Below the pieces are notes generated by a model. It was not told where the DNA came from, ran no database searches, and saw nothing but the letters and a program-made list of their open reading frames with translations. This document shows positions 1-7,919 of a DNA stretch of 32,000 nt, piece by piece; positions within the stretch are counted from its first letter, which is position 1; every line of letters begins with the position of its first letter. The translations under genes were made by a program, and so were the position numbers. Origin of the DNA: Acinetobacter wanghuae (GTDB taxonomy: Bacteria; Pseudomonadota; Gammaproteobacteria; Pseudomonadales; Moraxellaceae); the NCBI RefSeq assembly GCF_009557235.1, contig NZ_CP045650.1:1410001-1442000 (forward strand), in the 5' to 3' direction.

Positions 1-14
1 CATCATCCACGTAT

Positions 15-902
15 TTATGCCCAAATGACTAACATTGCAGCAATAACCACTAAGGCTAAACCCCAATGCTCTGCGCGGGCTAATTTTTCTTTAAAGAAGT
101 AAGCGGAAATGATTAAGCTAAATAGAATTTCGATCTGACCTAGGGTTTTAACTACAGGCACACTGACCATACTCATGGCAGTGAACCAACCAAGTGATGC
201 CATAAAGCTACAGATGCTCACCTTTAGCGTCAGTCCTATGCGTTGCCACATCGCGACTAAGGTTTTTCGGCTAAATAGACTGAGATAAAGCAACATGGTT
301 ATGCATTGAAAACCAATCACGGACACCAACACCCATGAAGCACGATGCATAAATGGTAAATTGCTCAGCTCTAAACTGGCTTCACGTACCAAAAGTGAGG
401 TAATGGCGAAACTTAAGCCACTCCCAATGCCGATCATTAATGTTTTGCTTGATAAACCTGTAACTTGATTGCCTTTACTCAGTAAAAATACGGCGTAACC
501 CCCGATCAAAACACCAATCCATGCTAAAAAGGAAAGATGATCGGAGAGAAAAATAACACCAATAATTGCAGCTAAAATGGCTTCACTTTTGGCAAGTCCA
601 ACACCAATGGCAAAGTTCTTTTGTTTAAAGAGTTGTACCATCAATACCGTAGCTAAAATTTGGCTTACCCCTGCAATGAAAATATACATCCAATACTTCG
701 GGGTGAAATGCACCACACCTTCGACAGGTTGTACGTGATAGAGCCATTCGATATAGGCAAATGCCAGCGGAAAACCAAATAAGAATCGGGCTAGCGTTAC
801 GCCCCAGACATCGACAGTTGAACTTAGTTGTTTTTGAAATGCATTACGCCATGCCTGCATAAATGCAGCCATTAAGGTAAACAAGATCCAACTCATTGGC
901 AT
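15..902 (-). CDS. EamA/DMT-family (RhaT-like) integral membrane transporter
   Basis: 295-aa ORF, hydrophobic throughout, about 10 predicted TM segments in two similar halves as is typical of the drug/metabolite transporter superfamily. ATG at 902. Substrate unknown. Confidence 0.8.
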   Translation of the reverse strand: MPMSWILFTLMAAFMQAWRNAFQKQLSSTVDVWGVTLARFLFGFPLAFAYIEWLYHVQPVEGVVHFTPKYWMYIFIAGVSQILATVLMVQLFKQKNFAIGVGLAKSEAILAAIIGVIFLSDHLSFLAWIGVLIGGYAVFLLSKGNQVTGLSSKTLMIGIGSGLSFAITSLLVREASLELSNLPFMHRASWVLVSVIGFQCITMLLYLSLFSRKTLVAMWQRIGLTLKVSICSFMASLGWFTAMSMVSVPVVKTLGQIEILFSLIISAYFFKEKLARAEHWGLALVVIAAMLVIWA

Positions 903-1002
903 ATCACTATTTGTACTTCATTCGTCACTAAATTTTATGCTTTTGAGTTGGAGATGACTAATTAAAAAAGGGTTTAAAGTTAATAGCAGAAAGTTTGGAT
1001 AA

Positions 1003-1665
1003 TCATCTTACATGTGTAGTATTTTTTAAAATATTGTAATCATCTGCCTGAATTACTTCATTTTCAAACTTCCCAGTTTTTAATTGAAAGAATTCCCCCC
1101 ATTCTTTTCCCAGATAATTTACAAAATTAGCCAAATGAGTGTTATTTTCTTGCTTATATGCAGGTGCCCATACTTGGTTGGCTATTTGATTACCTATATC
1201 AATATAAGTATTCATAGTCATGAGTACAAAACCGTCAATACAGGAAAATTCTTCTTTATATAACAAAAAACAAATTGCTTCGAAAAGCTCATTAAATTCG
1301 ACACTTTCAACGCCATCGATAATTAAAATAGCGATACCATGAGCCTCTATATTTTTAGAAAATTTTTTTGTTGATTTAATTTGGCTATTAGCTTTTTTTA
1401 AAGTTCTGCGTATAGGTTCATATTTAATTTGGAAAATTTTTCTCTTTTGCCAATTCGTTAATAAGCTTAAATTAAATAGCGCTGGAAAATTCAATTCCCC
1501 TTTTTCTAACCATTTCATCAATTGCTTCTCAACCTTAGGAGATAATTGATTAATTTCCGCAAAATCGGACTGCAAACTTTTCAATTCAATGATTACATTT
1601 TGGTTATTGAAGTAATAGTCTGCATTTTCAAATTGAGGATTCCCTTCTATGGTATTCTTGATCAA
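1003..1665 (-). CDS. Hypothetical protein, AT-rich orphan, with a possible PD-(D/E)xK nuclease-like N-terminal motif
   Basis: 220-codon open frame in DNA of about 28% G+C (hand count over 1021-1140) against about 40% in neighbouring ureC. The first start is TTG at 1665 and the first ATG is codon 50. The N-terminal region reads ENADYYFNNQNVIIELKS, a D-x10-E-x-K spacing. No family recognised. The start is uncertain (see findings). Confidence 0.55.
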   Translation of the reverse strand: MIKNTIEGNPQFENADYYFNNQNVIIELKSLQSDFAEINQLSPKVEKQLMKWLEKGELNFPALFNLSLLTNWQKRKIFQIKYEPIRRTLKKANSQIKSTKKFSKNIEAHGIAILIIDGVESVEFNELFEAICFLLYKEEFSCIDGFVLMTMNTYIDIGNQIANQVWAPAYKQENNTHLANFVNYLGKEWGEFFQLKTGKFENEVIQADDYNILKNTTHVR

Positions 1666-1802
1666 AACCCACTTACAGATTCAACAAATTCATCAAATAC
1701 TTTTTCAGTATTAAACGTATGTTTTAGTCCACTTTTATTGTACATTTTCAATATAATTCACCATTTTTATTGATTATATAATATTTAAAACTCCTAATTA
1801 TT

Positions 1803-1970
1803 CCCCTCATCCTAACCTTCTCCCAAAGGGAGAAGGAATATACCTCTTTTTAAATTGATTGTTTTTACCTCTCCTTTAAGGAGAGGGTCAGGGAGAGGTA
1901 AAATCCCTCCTAACCTCCCTTTATTAAAGGGAGGAAAGTCCCTCTTTCCCAAAGAGGGATTTAGGGAGAT
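1803..1970. repeat. REP-like composite repeat: four intact hairpins and one decayed copy
   Basis: Perfect stems: ccttctccc/gggagaagg (1816-1836), cctctcc/ggagagg (1868-1886), cctcccttta/taaagggagg (1914-1934), ccctcttt/aaagaggg (1940-1958). A half-copy cctctttttaaa lies near 1843-1854. It shares a linker of about 30 nt (gtcagggagagg..taaaatccctcctaac) with the copy at 4811-4890. Confidence 0.8.
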
Positions 1971-1972
1971 TA

Positions 1973-3673
1973 CTAAAACAAAAAATACCTTTGCGCCATT
2001 GGCAACACGTCCGCAGGTTCACACGTCAATAACTGGCCATCCGCACGCACTTCATAAATCTCAGGATCGACTTCCATCAAAGGACAATAATCATTGTGCT
2101 TCATGTCGGCTTTGGAGATATTACGCGTGTGCTTACATGGACTAATGAGCTTTTTCAGCTCCAACTTTTCATGGACACCATCATCAATAGCCACTTGAGA
2201 TAAGAACGTAATACAGGTGTTATGCACGCCACGCGCATTCGCACCAAACATCGGACGATAATGCACAGGCTGAGGCGTTGGAATAGAAGCATTAATATCA
2301 CCCATCGGTGCAGCGGCAATCATTCCGCCTTTAATAATCATCGATGGTTTTACCCCAAAGAAAGCAGGTTTCCAAAGTACTAAGTCTGCTAATTTTCCTT
2401 CTTCGACAGAACCAATTTCATGGCTTAAACCATGGGTAATCGCAGGGTTAATCGTATATTTGGCAATATAGCGTTTAACGCGATTATTATCATGAGCAGC
2501 GTTGTCACCTTCCAATGCACCACGTTGAACCTTCATTTTGTGCGCCGTCTGCCACGTTCGAATAACGACCTCACCGACACGCCCCATCGCTTGCGAATCT
2601 GATGACATCATCGCGATTGCACCCAAATCTTGCAAAATATCTTCCGCAGCAATGGTTTCACGACGAATTCGACTTTCTGCAAAAGCCACATCTTCCGAAA
2701 TAGCAGGATCTAAATGGTGACAAACCATCAGCATATCTAAATGTTCATCAATGGTGTTGATGGTATAAGGACGGGTTGGATTGGTTGAAGATGGCAATAC
2801 GTTGGATTGACCAATCGCTTTTAAGATATCGGGTGCATGTCCACCACCTGCACCCTCTGTGTGATAGGTATGAATGGTACGATTTTTAAATGCCGCTAAA
2901 GTTTCTTCTAGAAAGCCACTTTCGTTTAGTGTGTCAGTATGAATGGCAACTTGAACATCAAATTCATCTGCAACACTTAAACAGTTATCAATGGCTGCAG
3001 GTGTTGAACCCCAATCCTCATGTAATTTCAAACCAACCACACCCGCGCGAATCTGTTCACGAATCGGATCGGGCAAACTTAAGTTTCCTTTACCGAGTAA
3101 ACCAATATTCATGGGTAAATCATCAATGGCTTGTAGCATAGTGGAGATATGCCAAGGTCCCGGTGTAACCGTCGTTGCTGATGTACCTGCCGCAGGACCT
3201 GTACCCCCACCAATCATGGTCGTGATGCCTGACATCAGTGCAGTTTCAACTTGCTGCGGACAAATCCAATGAATATGGGTATCGACACCGCCTGCTGTTA
3301 AAATTTGCCCTTCGCCGGCAATGACTTCGGTCGCTGCCCCTAAAGGAATGGTGATATTGGGTTGAATATCGGGATTACCTGCTTTGCCAATTTTCCAAAT
3401 ACGACCATTTTTCAGCCCCACATCAGCTTTGACAATGCCCCACCAATCGACAATTAAAGCATTGGTAATGACGGTATCGGCAACATCTTCGGCTAAAAGT
3501 TGTGACTGCCCCATCCCATCACGAATGACTTTGCCGCCACCGAATTTAACTTCTTCACCATAAGTCGTGAAATCTTGTTCTACTTCAATAAAAAGCTCTG
3601 TGTCGGCTAAACGAACACGATCCCCAACGGTTGGACCAAACATTTCCGCATAGGCACGGCGTGACATTTTCAT
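1973..3673 (-). CDS. ureC: Urease alpha subunit
   Basis: 566 aa. Motifs [22 protein letters not shown] (carbamylated Lys context), [16 protein letters not shown] and MVCHHLD. Confidence 0.97.
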   Translation of the reverse strand: MKMSRRAYAEMFGPTVGDRVRLADTELFIEVEQDFTTYGEEVKFGGGKVIRDGMGQSQLLAEDVADTVITNALIVDWWGIVKADVGLKNGRIWKIGKAGNPDIQPNITIPLGAATEVIAGEGQILTAGGVDTHIHWICPQQVETALMSGITTMIGGGTGPAAGTSATTVTPGPWHISTMLQAIDDLPMNIGLLGKGNLSLPDPIREQIRAGVVGLKLHEDWGSTPAAIDNCLSVADEFDVQVAIHTDTLNESGFLEETLAAFKNRTIHTYHTEGAGGGHAPDILKAIGQSNVLPSSTNPTRPYTINTIDEHLDMLMVCHHLDPAISEDVAFAESRIRRETIAAEDILQDLGAIAMMSSDSQAMGRVGEVVIRTWQTAHKMKVQRGALEGDNAAHDNNRVKRYIAKYTINPAITHGLSHEIGSVEEGKLADLVLWKPAFFGVKPSMIIKGGMIAAAPMGDINASIPTPQPVHYRPMFGANARGVHNTCITFLSQVAIDDGVHEKLELKKLISPCKHTRNISKADMKHNDYCPLMEVDPEIYEVRADGQLLTCEPADVLPMAQRYFLF

Positions 3674-3685
3674 AATTTTTCGATC

Positions 3686-4135
3686 CTATACCTTGTGTTC
3701 ATGCATTTGATTTTTTTGCATTTGAATAAATCTTAAACCATGCGCTTCAATCACATCACTGACCGATTCAAAGCCCATTTTTCTATAAATTTTCTCTGCA
3801 AAGCAGCTTGAATTCACGGTGATGATTTGTGTATCTACTGTGTCCATAACCGCCTGCATATGATTCCACAGTGCTCGACCGATGCCCTGACCTTGTTGGA
3901 TTTCTTTAACAAAGAAATGGACAATATGCGCAGGTTCTCGATATGCCATCACCCCCACAATTTCATTTGCTTGTAGATATACAAAATAATGAATATCAGG
4001 ATGTTCTATAAGCTGTAGAATCATTTGCAGATTAAACTTTTCACGTCCTTCATCATCCACAGCAAAGTCATCAATAAATGGATGAATAAGCGCTACAATT
4101 TGATTTAAATCCTGTGTAGTTGCTTGTCGAATCAT
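3686..4135 (-). CDS. GNAT-family N-acetyltransferase embedded in the urease operon
   Basis: 149 aa with the acetyl-CoA binding motif A, QQGQGIGRALW. Its ATG lies 3 nt after the ureB stop and its stop lies 12 nt before the ureC ATG, same strand. Confidence 0.85.
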   Translation of the reverse strand: MIRQATTQDLNQIVALIHPFIDDFAVDDEGREKFNLQMILQLIEHPDIHYFVYLQANEIVGVMAYREPAHIVHFFVKEIQQGQGIGRALWNHMQAVMDTVDTQIITVNSSCFAEKIYRKMGFESVSDVIEAHGLRFIQMQKNQMHEHKV

Positions 4136-4138
4136 TGT

Positions 4139-4447
4139 TTAATCCAATTTACCCATCACACGACCGGCAAAACCGTAAACTTCGCGTTTTCCGACCAGTG
4201 CAACCAGTTCTACATCACGGCTTTGCCCCGGTTCAAAACGTACCGCTGTGCCTGCTGCAATATTTAAACGATAGCCTTTCGTTAAATCACGATCAAAACT
4301 TAAAGCATCATTGGCTTCAAAAAAATGAAAATGTGAGCCTATTTGAATGGGTCGATCTCCTGTATTGGCTACAGTAATCTTGATCACCTGACGCCCTACA
4401 TTCATTTCGATGTCAGTATCTGCTGTAAAAACTTCCCCGGGAATCAT
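4139..4447 (-). CDS. ureB: Urease beta subunit
   Basis: 102 aa, MIPGE...[17 protein letters not shown]...GKREVYGF, the characteristic UreB sequence. Confidence 0.95.
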   Translation of the reverse strand: MIPGEVFTADTDIEMNVGRQVIKITVANTGDRPIQIGSHFHFFEANDALSFDRDLTKGYRLNIAAGTAVRFEPGQSRDVELVALVGKREVYGFAGRVMGKLD

Positions 4448-4456
4448 CAGTTACTC

Positions 4457-4759
4457 CTATACAATTGGCTGATGCACAGTGACGAGTTTGGAACCATCTG
4501 GAAATGTCGCTTCGACTTGAACTTCAGCAATCATTTCAGGAATTCCGTCCATGACATCTTCACGTTTTAACAAGGTCGTACCGTAATGCATTAATTCACT
4601 TACAGACATGCCATCACGTGCGCCTTCGAGCAATGCTGCAGAAATAAAAGCAATGGCTTCAGGATAATTCAGCTTTAAGCCACGTGCTTTACGACGCTCC
4701 GCCACCAGTCCTGCGGTAAAAATTAACATTTTGTCTTTTTCAGTGGGATTGAGTTCCAT
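4457..4759 (-). CDS. ureA: Urease gamma subunit
   Basis: 100 aa, [35 protein letters not shown], the characteristic UreA N-terminus. RBS aggaaagag upstream. Confidence 0.95.
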   Translation of the reverse strand: MELNPTEKDKMLIFTAGLVAERRKARGLKLNYPEAIAFISAALLEGARDGMSVSELMHYGTTLLKREDVMDGIPEMIAEVQVEATFPDGSKLVTVHQPIV

Positions 4760-4810
4760 ATCTCTTTCCTAATTATTTCTATGATCTGTAAGCAAGATTT
4801 GTGCAAGTTT

Positions 4811-4890
4811 GTATTCCTCCCTTTATGAAAGGGAGGTCAGGAGGGATTGTTAAAATCTCCCCAAACCCCTCTTTTTAAAGAGGGACTTCA
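4811..4890. repeat. REP-like composite repeat, second copy, inside the ureD-ureA intergenic gap
   Basis: Perfect stems cctcccttt/aaagggagg (4816-4836) and ccctcttt/aaagaggg (4867-4884). They are joined by tcaggagggattgttaaaatctccccaaac, which is homologous to the linker at 1887-1914. Confidence 0.8.
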
Positions 4891-4894
4891 AGGC

Positions 4895-5776
4895 TCAAGT
4901 CCGCCAAATTCTTGGAAATTCTTCATCTAAACCAAACCAGTATTTACGCAATCGAGCACGTATCGCAGCAAAAACATCATGACAAGCGCGGACATCATCG
5001 CCTAAGTAACGGGCACAAATAACATCATCAAGGAGTGTTGTTGTGACACGTATATCCATACGCATAATCAGTTCACGGACAAGTTCAAGATGTGCTTTTA
5101 AGACTTGGCTATTGCGGTATTGCTCTGGTGCAACTGCCCATAAGCTGCCCATGACCGCATGTCCATTCATGCCTAAGCAAGACTTTAACCAGCGATCATT
5201 ACCTGCAAAACGAAGCTGATCTGTCACCAATAACTTTTGCTCACGATAGAGAAAAAAGCGACTGTGATAACTGCCTTGTGCAAATTCCTCCAAGCGTGCC
5301 TGACGTCCGATTACCAACATATCCCAACTAATGAAACTTGCAGTTTGATCCAAATGAATGGTGGTGGACGTATGTGCATGTGCACCATCAAACAGCATGG
5401 TTTCTTGTGGCAGCCATTCAAAAATGCCCTGCTCAGCCACTTGAATATGAATATGTTGATAGGCTTGTTTGAGATTGGTTTTGTACCATTTCCCAGCCCC
5501 CGGTGTTGTCACTAACGCATGTGCCGATGCGCCAATATTCATATCAAAACTTAAGTGGTCACCTCCGGCAATCCCCGCGGGTGGATGGACAATAATGGCG
5601 TGACAAACCCCAGTTTTTTCTGGCCACAACATTTTTTGAACACGTACAGGACCTTCATGCTTTCGATGTTGAAGCACACTGCGTTGCTGGCTTGCATCCA
5701 ACTCAAAACCTAGCTCTAGACGTGCAAACCAAAGTTTGCAAGGTGGATGGTGAGATGTCTCAACGGCGCTATTCAT
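4895..5776 (-). CDS. ureD: Urease accessory protein UreD/UreH
   Basis: 293 aa. UreD-like [10 protein letters not shown] segment, plus position in the cluster. Confidence 0.9.
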   Translation of the reverse strand: MNSAVETSHHPPCKLWFARLELGFELDASQQRSVLQHRKHEGPVRVQKMLWPEKTGVCHAIIVHPPAGIAGGDHLSFDMNIGASAHALVTTPGAGKWYKTNLKQAYQHIHIQVAEQGIFEWLPQETMLFDGAHAHTSTTIHLDQTASFISWDMLVIGRQARLEEFAQGSYHSRFFLYREQKLLVTDQLRFAGNDRWLKSCLGMNGHAVMGSLWAVAPEQYRNSQVLKAHLELVRELIMRMDIRVTTTLLDDVICARYLGDDVRACHDVFAAIRARLRKYWFGLDEEFPRIWRT

Positions 5777-5825
5777 AAATCGACCTATGTGCTACGACTG
5801 CTTTGCGTATTTTCAATATGAGATA

Positions 5826-6440
5826 TTAAGATTTAAATAAGCCTTGTTTCTCAATAAATTCAATAATTTGCTCAAGCCCATCTTTTGTTTTCATATTGGA
5901 GAATAAAAAAGGTTTATCCCCACGCATCCGTTTGGCATCCTGATCCATGACATCAAGGTTGGCACCCACCATCGGAGCAAGATCCGTTTTATTAATAATC
6001 AATAGATCTGATTTGGTGATCCCCGGTCCGCCTTTACGTGGAATCTTTTCACCGCCACCGACATCAATGACATACAGGGTTAAGTCAGATAACTCCGGGC
6101 TAAAGGTCGCAGCCAAGTTATCTCCACCACTTTCAATAATAATTAGTTCTAAACCTTCAAAGCGCTCACATAAGTCGTCAATTGCAGCCAAATTAATCGA
6201 GGCATCTTCACGAATTGCAGTATGTGGGCATCCACCTGTTTCTACACCCACAATGCGCTCAGGTTCCATGGCTTCATTGCGGGTCAAAAAGTTAGAGTCT
6301 TCTTTGGTATAAATATCATTGGTCACGACTGCCATGTTATATTTATGGCGTAATGCCTGACATAAGTTCAGGGTTAATGCAGTTTTACCTGAGCCCACTG
6401 GACCACCAATTCCAACGCGTAAAGGACTACGTTCTGACAT
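5826..6440 (-). CDS. ureG: Urease accessory GTPase UreG
   Basis: 204 aa. P-loop [18 protein letters not shown], and NKTDL guanine-specificity motif. Confidence 0.97.
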   Translation of the reverse strand: MSERSPLRVGIGGPVGSGKTALTLNLCQALRHKYNMAVVTNDIYTKEDSNFLTRNEAMEPERIVGVETGGCPHTAIREDASINLAAIDDLCERFEGLELIIIESGGDNLAATFSPELSDLTLYVIDVGGGEKIPRKGGPGITKSDLLIINKTDLAPMVGANLDVMDQDAKRMRGDKPFLFSNMKTKDGLEQIIEFIEKQGLFKS

Positions 6441-6457
6441 GTTTTATTTCCCTAATA

Positions 6458-7123
6458 TTAAGATCTAAATAAGCGTGAATATTGTGTTTCATGCTGCATA
6501 CTGAGCATGGCGTAATGAGGTAATGCACTGCTGAGTTCATCGTCTTTAAGTGCCAAGGCTTTTTCGATAGCGGTCGGAATCACTTGATGTAAATGCCATA
6601 AAATCCGCTGTCCACTCATTTGTCCAAGTGGAACAGTTTTAACTGCCGCAAGCACTTGATTTTCAAGCACCGCGAATGCATATGCGGTCAGTACTTCATC
6701 AACATTGAGATTCAATTCACCGCAAAGCTGTGCATAGACAGGGACATAACCCAGTTGCTTTTTGACTTTGACTGGTTGCTTCAGCACATCGCGAATCCAA
6801 GCATTTAAAGAAAATGCCAATTGTTGTGATTCCGCTAAAAGTTCTGCACTTTCACGACTGGCTCTATACAGGGTTGCCCAGTAAAAAAATGCGTCATCAT
6901 CAGCAAAGTTTTGCATGAGCCGTTTTAAAATCGGCAGTTCGAAGCGTACCAGCAGCAATTCAAGTACTTCATTAAAGTATTCGATACTCGATGCTTCATC
7001 ATGAATCATGCCGCGATCAATGGCGCTTTCTACCCCTTGCGAATAACAATATGCGCCGACAGGTAAAGCAGTTGATGACAGCATAAGTAAATTTAAAAGC
7101 TGAGCGGCTTTAATGGCTGACAT
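6458..7123 (-). CDS. ureF: Urease accessory protein UreF
   Basis: 221 aa, helical UreF-like sequence. Its start overlaps the ureE stop by 14 nt. Confidence 0.9.
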   Translation of the reverse strand: MSAIKAAQLLNLLMLSSTALPVGAYCYSQGVESAIDRGMIHDEASSIEYFNEVLELLLVRFELPILKRLMQNFADDDAFFYWATLYRASRESAELLAESQQLAFSLNAWIRDVLKQPVKVKKQLGYVPVYAQLCGELNLNVDEVLTAYAFAVLENQVLAAVKTVPLGQMSGQRILWHLHQVIPTAIEKALALKDDELSSALPHYAMLSMQHETQYSRLFRS

Positions 7124-7592
7124 GATGCAACACTTTAATTGGACTTAAACGATGCTCATGTTGATGCTGCGCATAAGCACCACTTTCAGGCTCAAAAGGA
7201 TGTAAAATCGATTTAACTTGAAGCCCTAAACCTTCCACCATTTCAGCCAAGACATGATCAGGCTCAAAATAAAGTGCTGTGGGAGTAAGCATGAGAGGTA
7301 CATGTCGATTACCTAAGTGATAAGCGGCTTTAAGTAACTCAAATGAATCATCACTGGTCACTTGCATCAACTGCTCCGCTTTTGCATCAACTCTTAAAAT
7401 ATCGCCATACTCTGTAGCAATAAATGAACCACCTCGCAAAATACCAGTACGTGGTAAATCTGCACCAATATCATTGCCATTTTTTAAAGTGGCACGAAAA
7501 CGGCTTTTTTGTCGTGTATCGAAGTTGAGTTCAATTGAATCGATCGGTAATTGGCTATCAATTTGATCTAAGCGTTGTGTATAAATTTTCAT
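7110..7592 (-). CDS. ureE: Urease accessory metallochaperone UreE
   Basis: I moved the start to the ATG at 7592 (MKIYTQRL...), preceded by aagga. The 30 extra codons in the ORF track overlap the promoter region. His-rich C-terminus QHQHEH...HHVSH. Confidence 0.88.
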   Translation of the reverse strand: MKIYTQRLDQIDSQLPIDSIELNFDTRQKSRFRATLKNGNDIGADLPRTGILRGGSFIATEYGDILRVDAKAEQLMQVTSDDSFELLKAAYHLGNRHVPLMLTPTALYFEPDHVLAEMVEGLGLQVKSILHPFEPESGAYAQHQHEHRLSPIKVLHHVSH

Positions 7593-7677
7593 GAATATCC
7601 TTGAGCACTTATTTAGATCACATCTATTCCATTTTGGAACATTCAGCTGTTTGTGGTTAAAACTTGCATCAAAATAA

Positions 7678-7694
7678 AGCATTTATCGTGCCAA
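7678..7694 (-). promoter_or_regulatory. Putative sigma54 (-24/-12) promoter of the urease cluster
   Basis: The minus strand reads TTGGCACGATAAATGCT against the consensus YTGGCACGR-N3-TTGCW. TGGCACG matches 7/7 and the -12 element matches 3/4 (ATGC). It lies about 86 nt upstream of the ureE ATG. Confidence 0.55.
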
Positions 7695-7919
7695 TCTATT
7701 CTTGTTCGTTGATTTTTGTAGATATTGTAATTTCATCCACGCTGTATCTTTAACTCAGGCTAAACTATCAGCATGGATTTATGATGTTAAAAACAACAGA
7801 TTTAGATTTAATCTATTGATAAATAATGTAAAAATTTAAATTTAAACGCATTTTATTTTATATGTTTAATTCATTTCTATAGCAATAAATGCTGTGCAAT
7901 GAGTGAAAAGGATTCTGCA

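Noticed and set aside
1003-1665. Mobile-element origin for the AT-rich genes (orphan ORF here, and the TetR gene at 14253-14873)
   Set aside because: Low G+C suggests horizontal origin. However, I find no transposase, integrase, terminal inverted repeats, target-site duplications or tRNA attachment site, so I cannot call a mobile element.
1655-1672. Programmed -1 ribosomal frameshift at GGGTTTTGA joining the 27-codon ORF to the 220-codon ORF
   Set aside because: In the upstream frame the codons are GGG-TTT-TGA, which is not the X-XXY-YYZ phasing needed for tandem tRNA slippage. I see no downstream stimulatory structure. A simple indel in the T-run, or coupled reinitiation, is more parsimonious.
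1800-1975. Possibility that the clustered hairpins are a small CRISPR array
   Set aside because: The hairpin sequences differ from one another. There are no constant-length repeats or unique spacers, no cas genes are present, and a second copy of the composite unit lies 3 kb away. This pattern fits a REP/MITE-like element.
1855-2145. 96-aa plus-strand ORF (MIVFTSPLRRGSGRGKIPPNLPLLKGGKSLFPKEGF...)
   Set aside because: Its first half is a read-through of the hairpin repeat cluster, giving a low-complexity peptide. Its second half is antisense to the 3' end of ureC. It has no RBS. It is an artefact of the repeat.
2538-3272. Plus-strand ORFs antisense to ureC (2538-2720, 2890-3141, 2991-3272)
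   Set aside because: They are antisense to a highly conserved gene, mutually overlapping, and have no start context or motifs.
7593-7682. 30-codon N-terminal extension of ureE in the ORF track (190-aa version)
   Set aside because: The internal ATG at 7592 has an aagga RBS and gives a typical UreE N-terminus (MKIYTQRL). The extension overlaps the sigma54-like promoter and has no UreE-like sequence.
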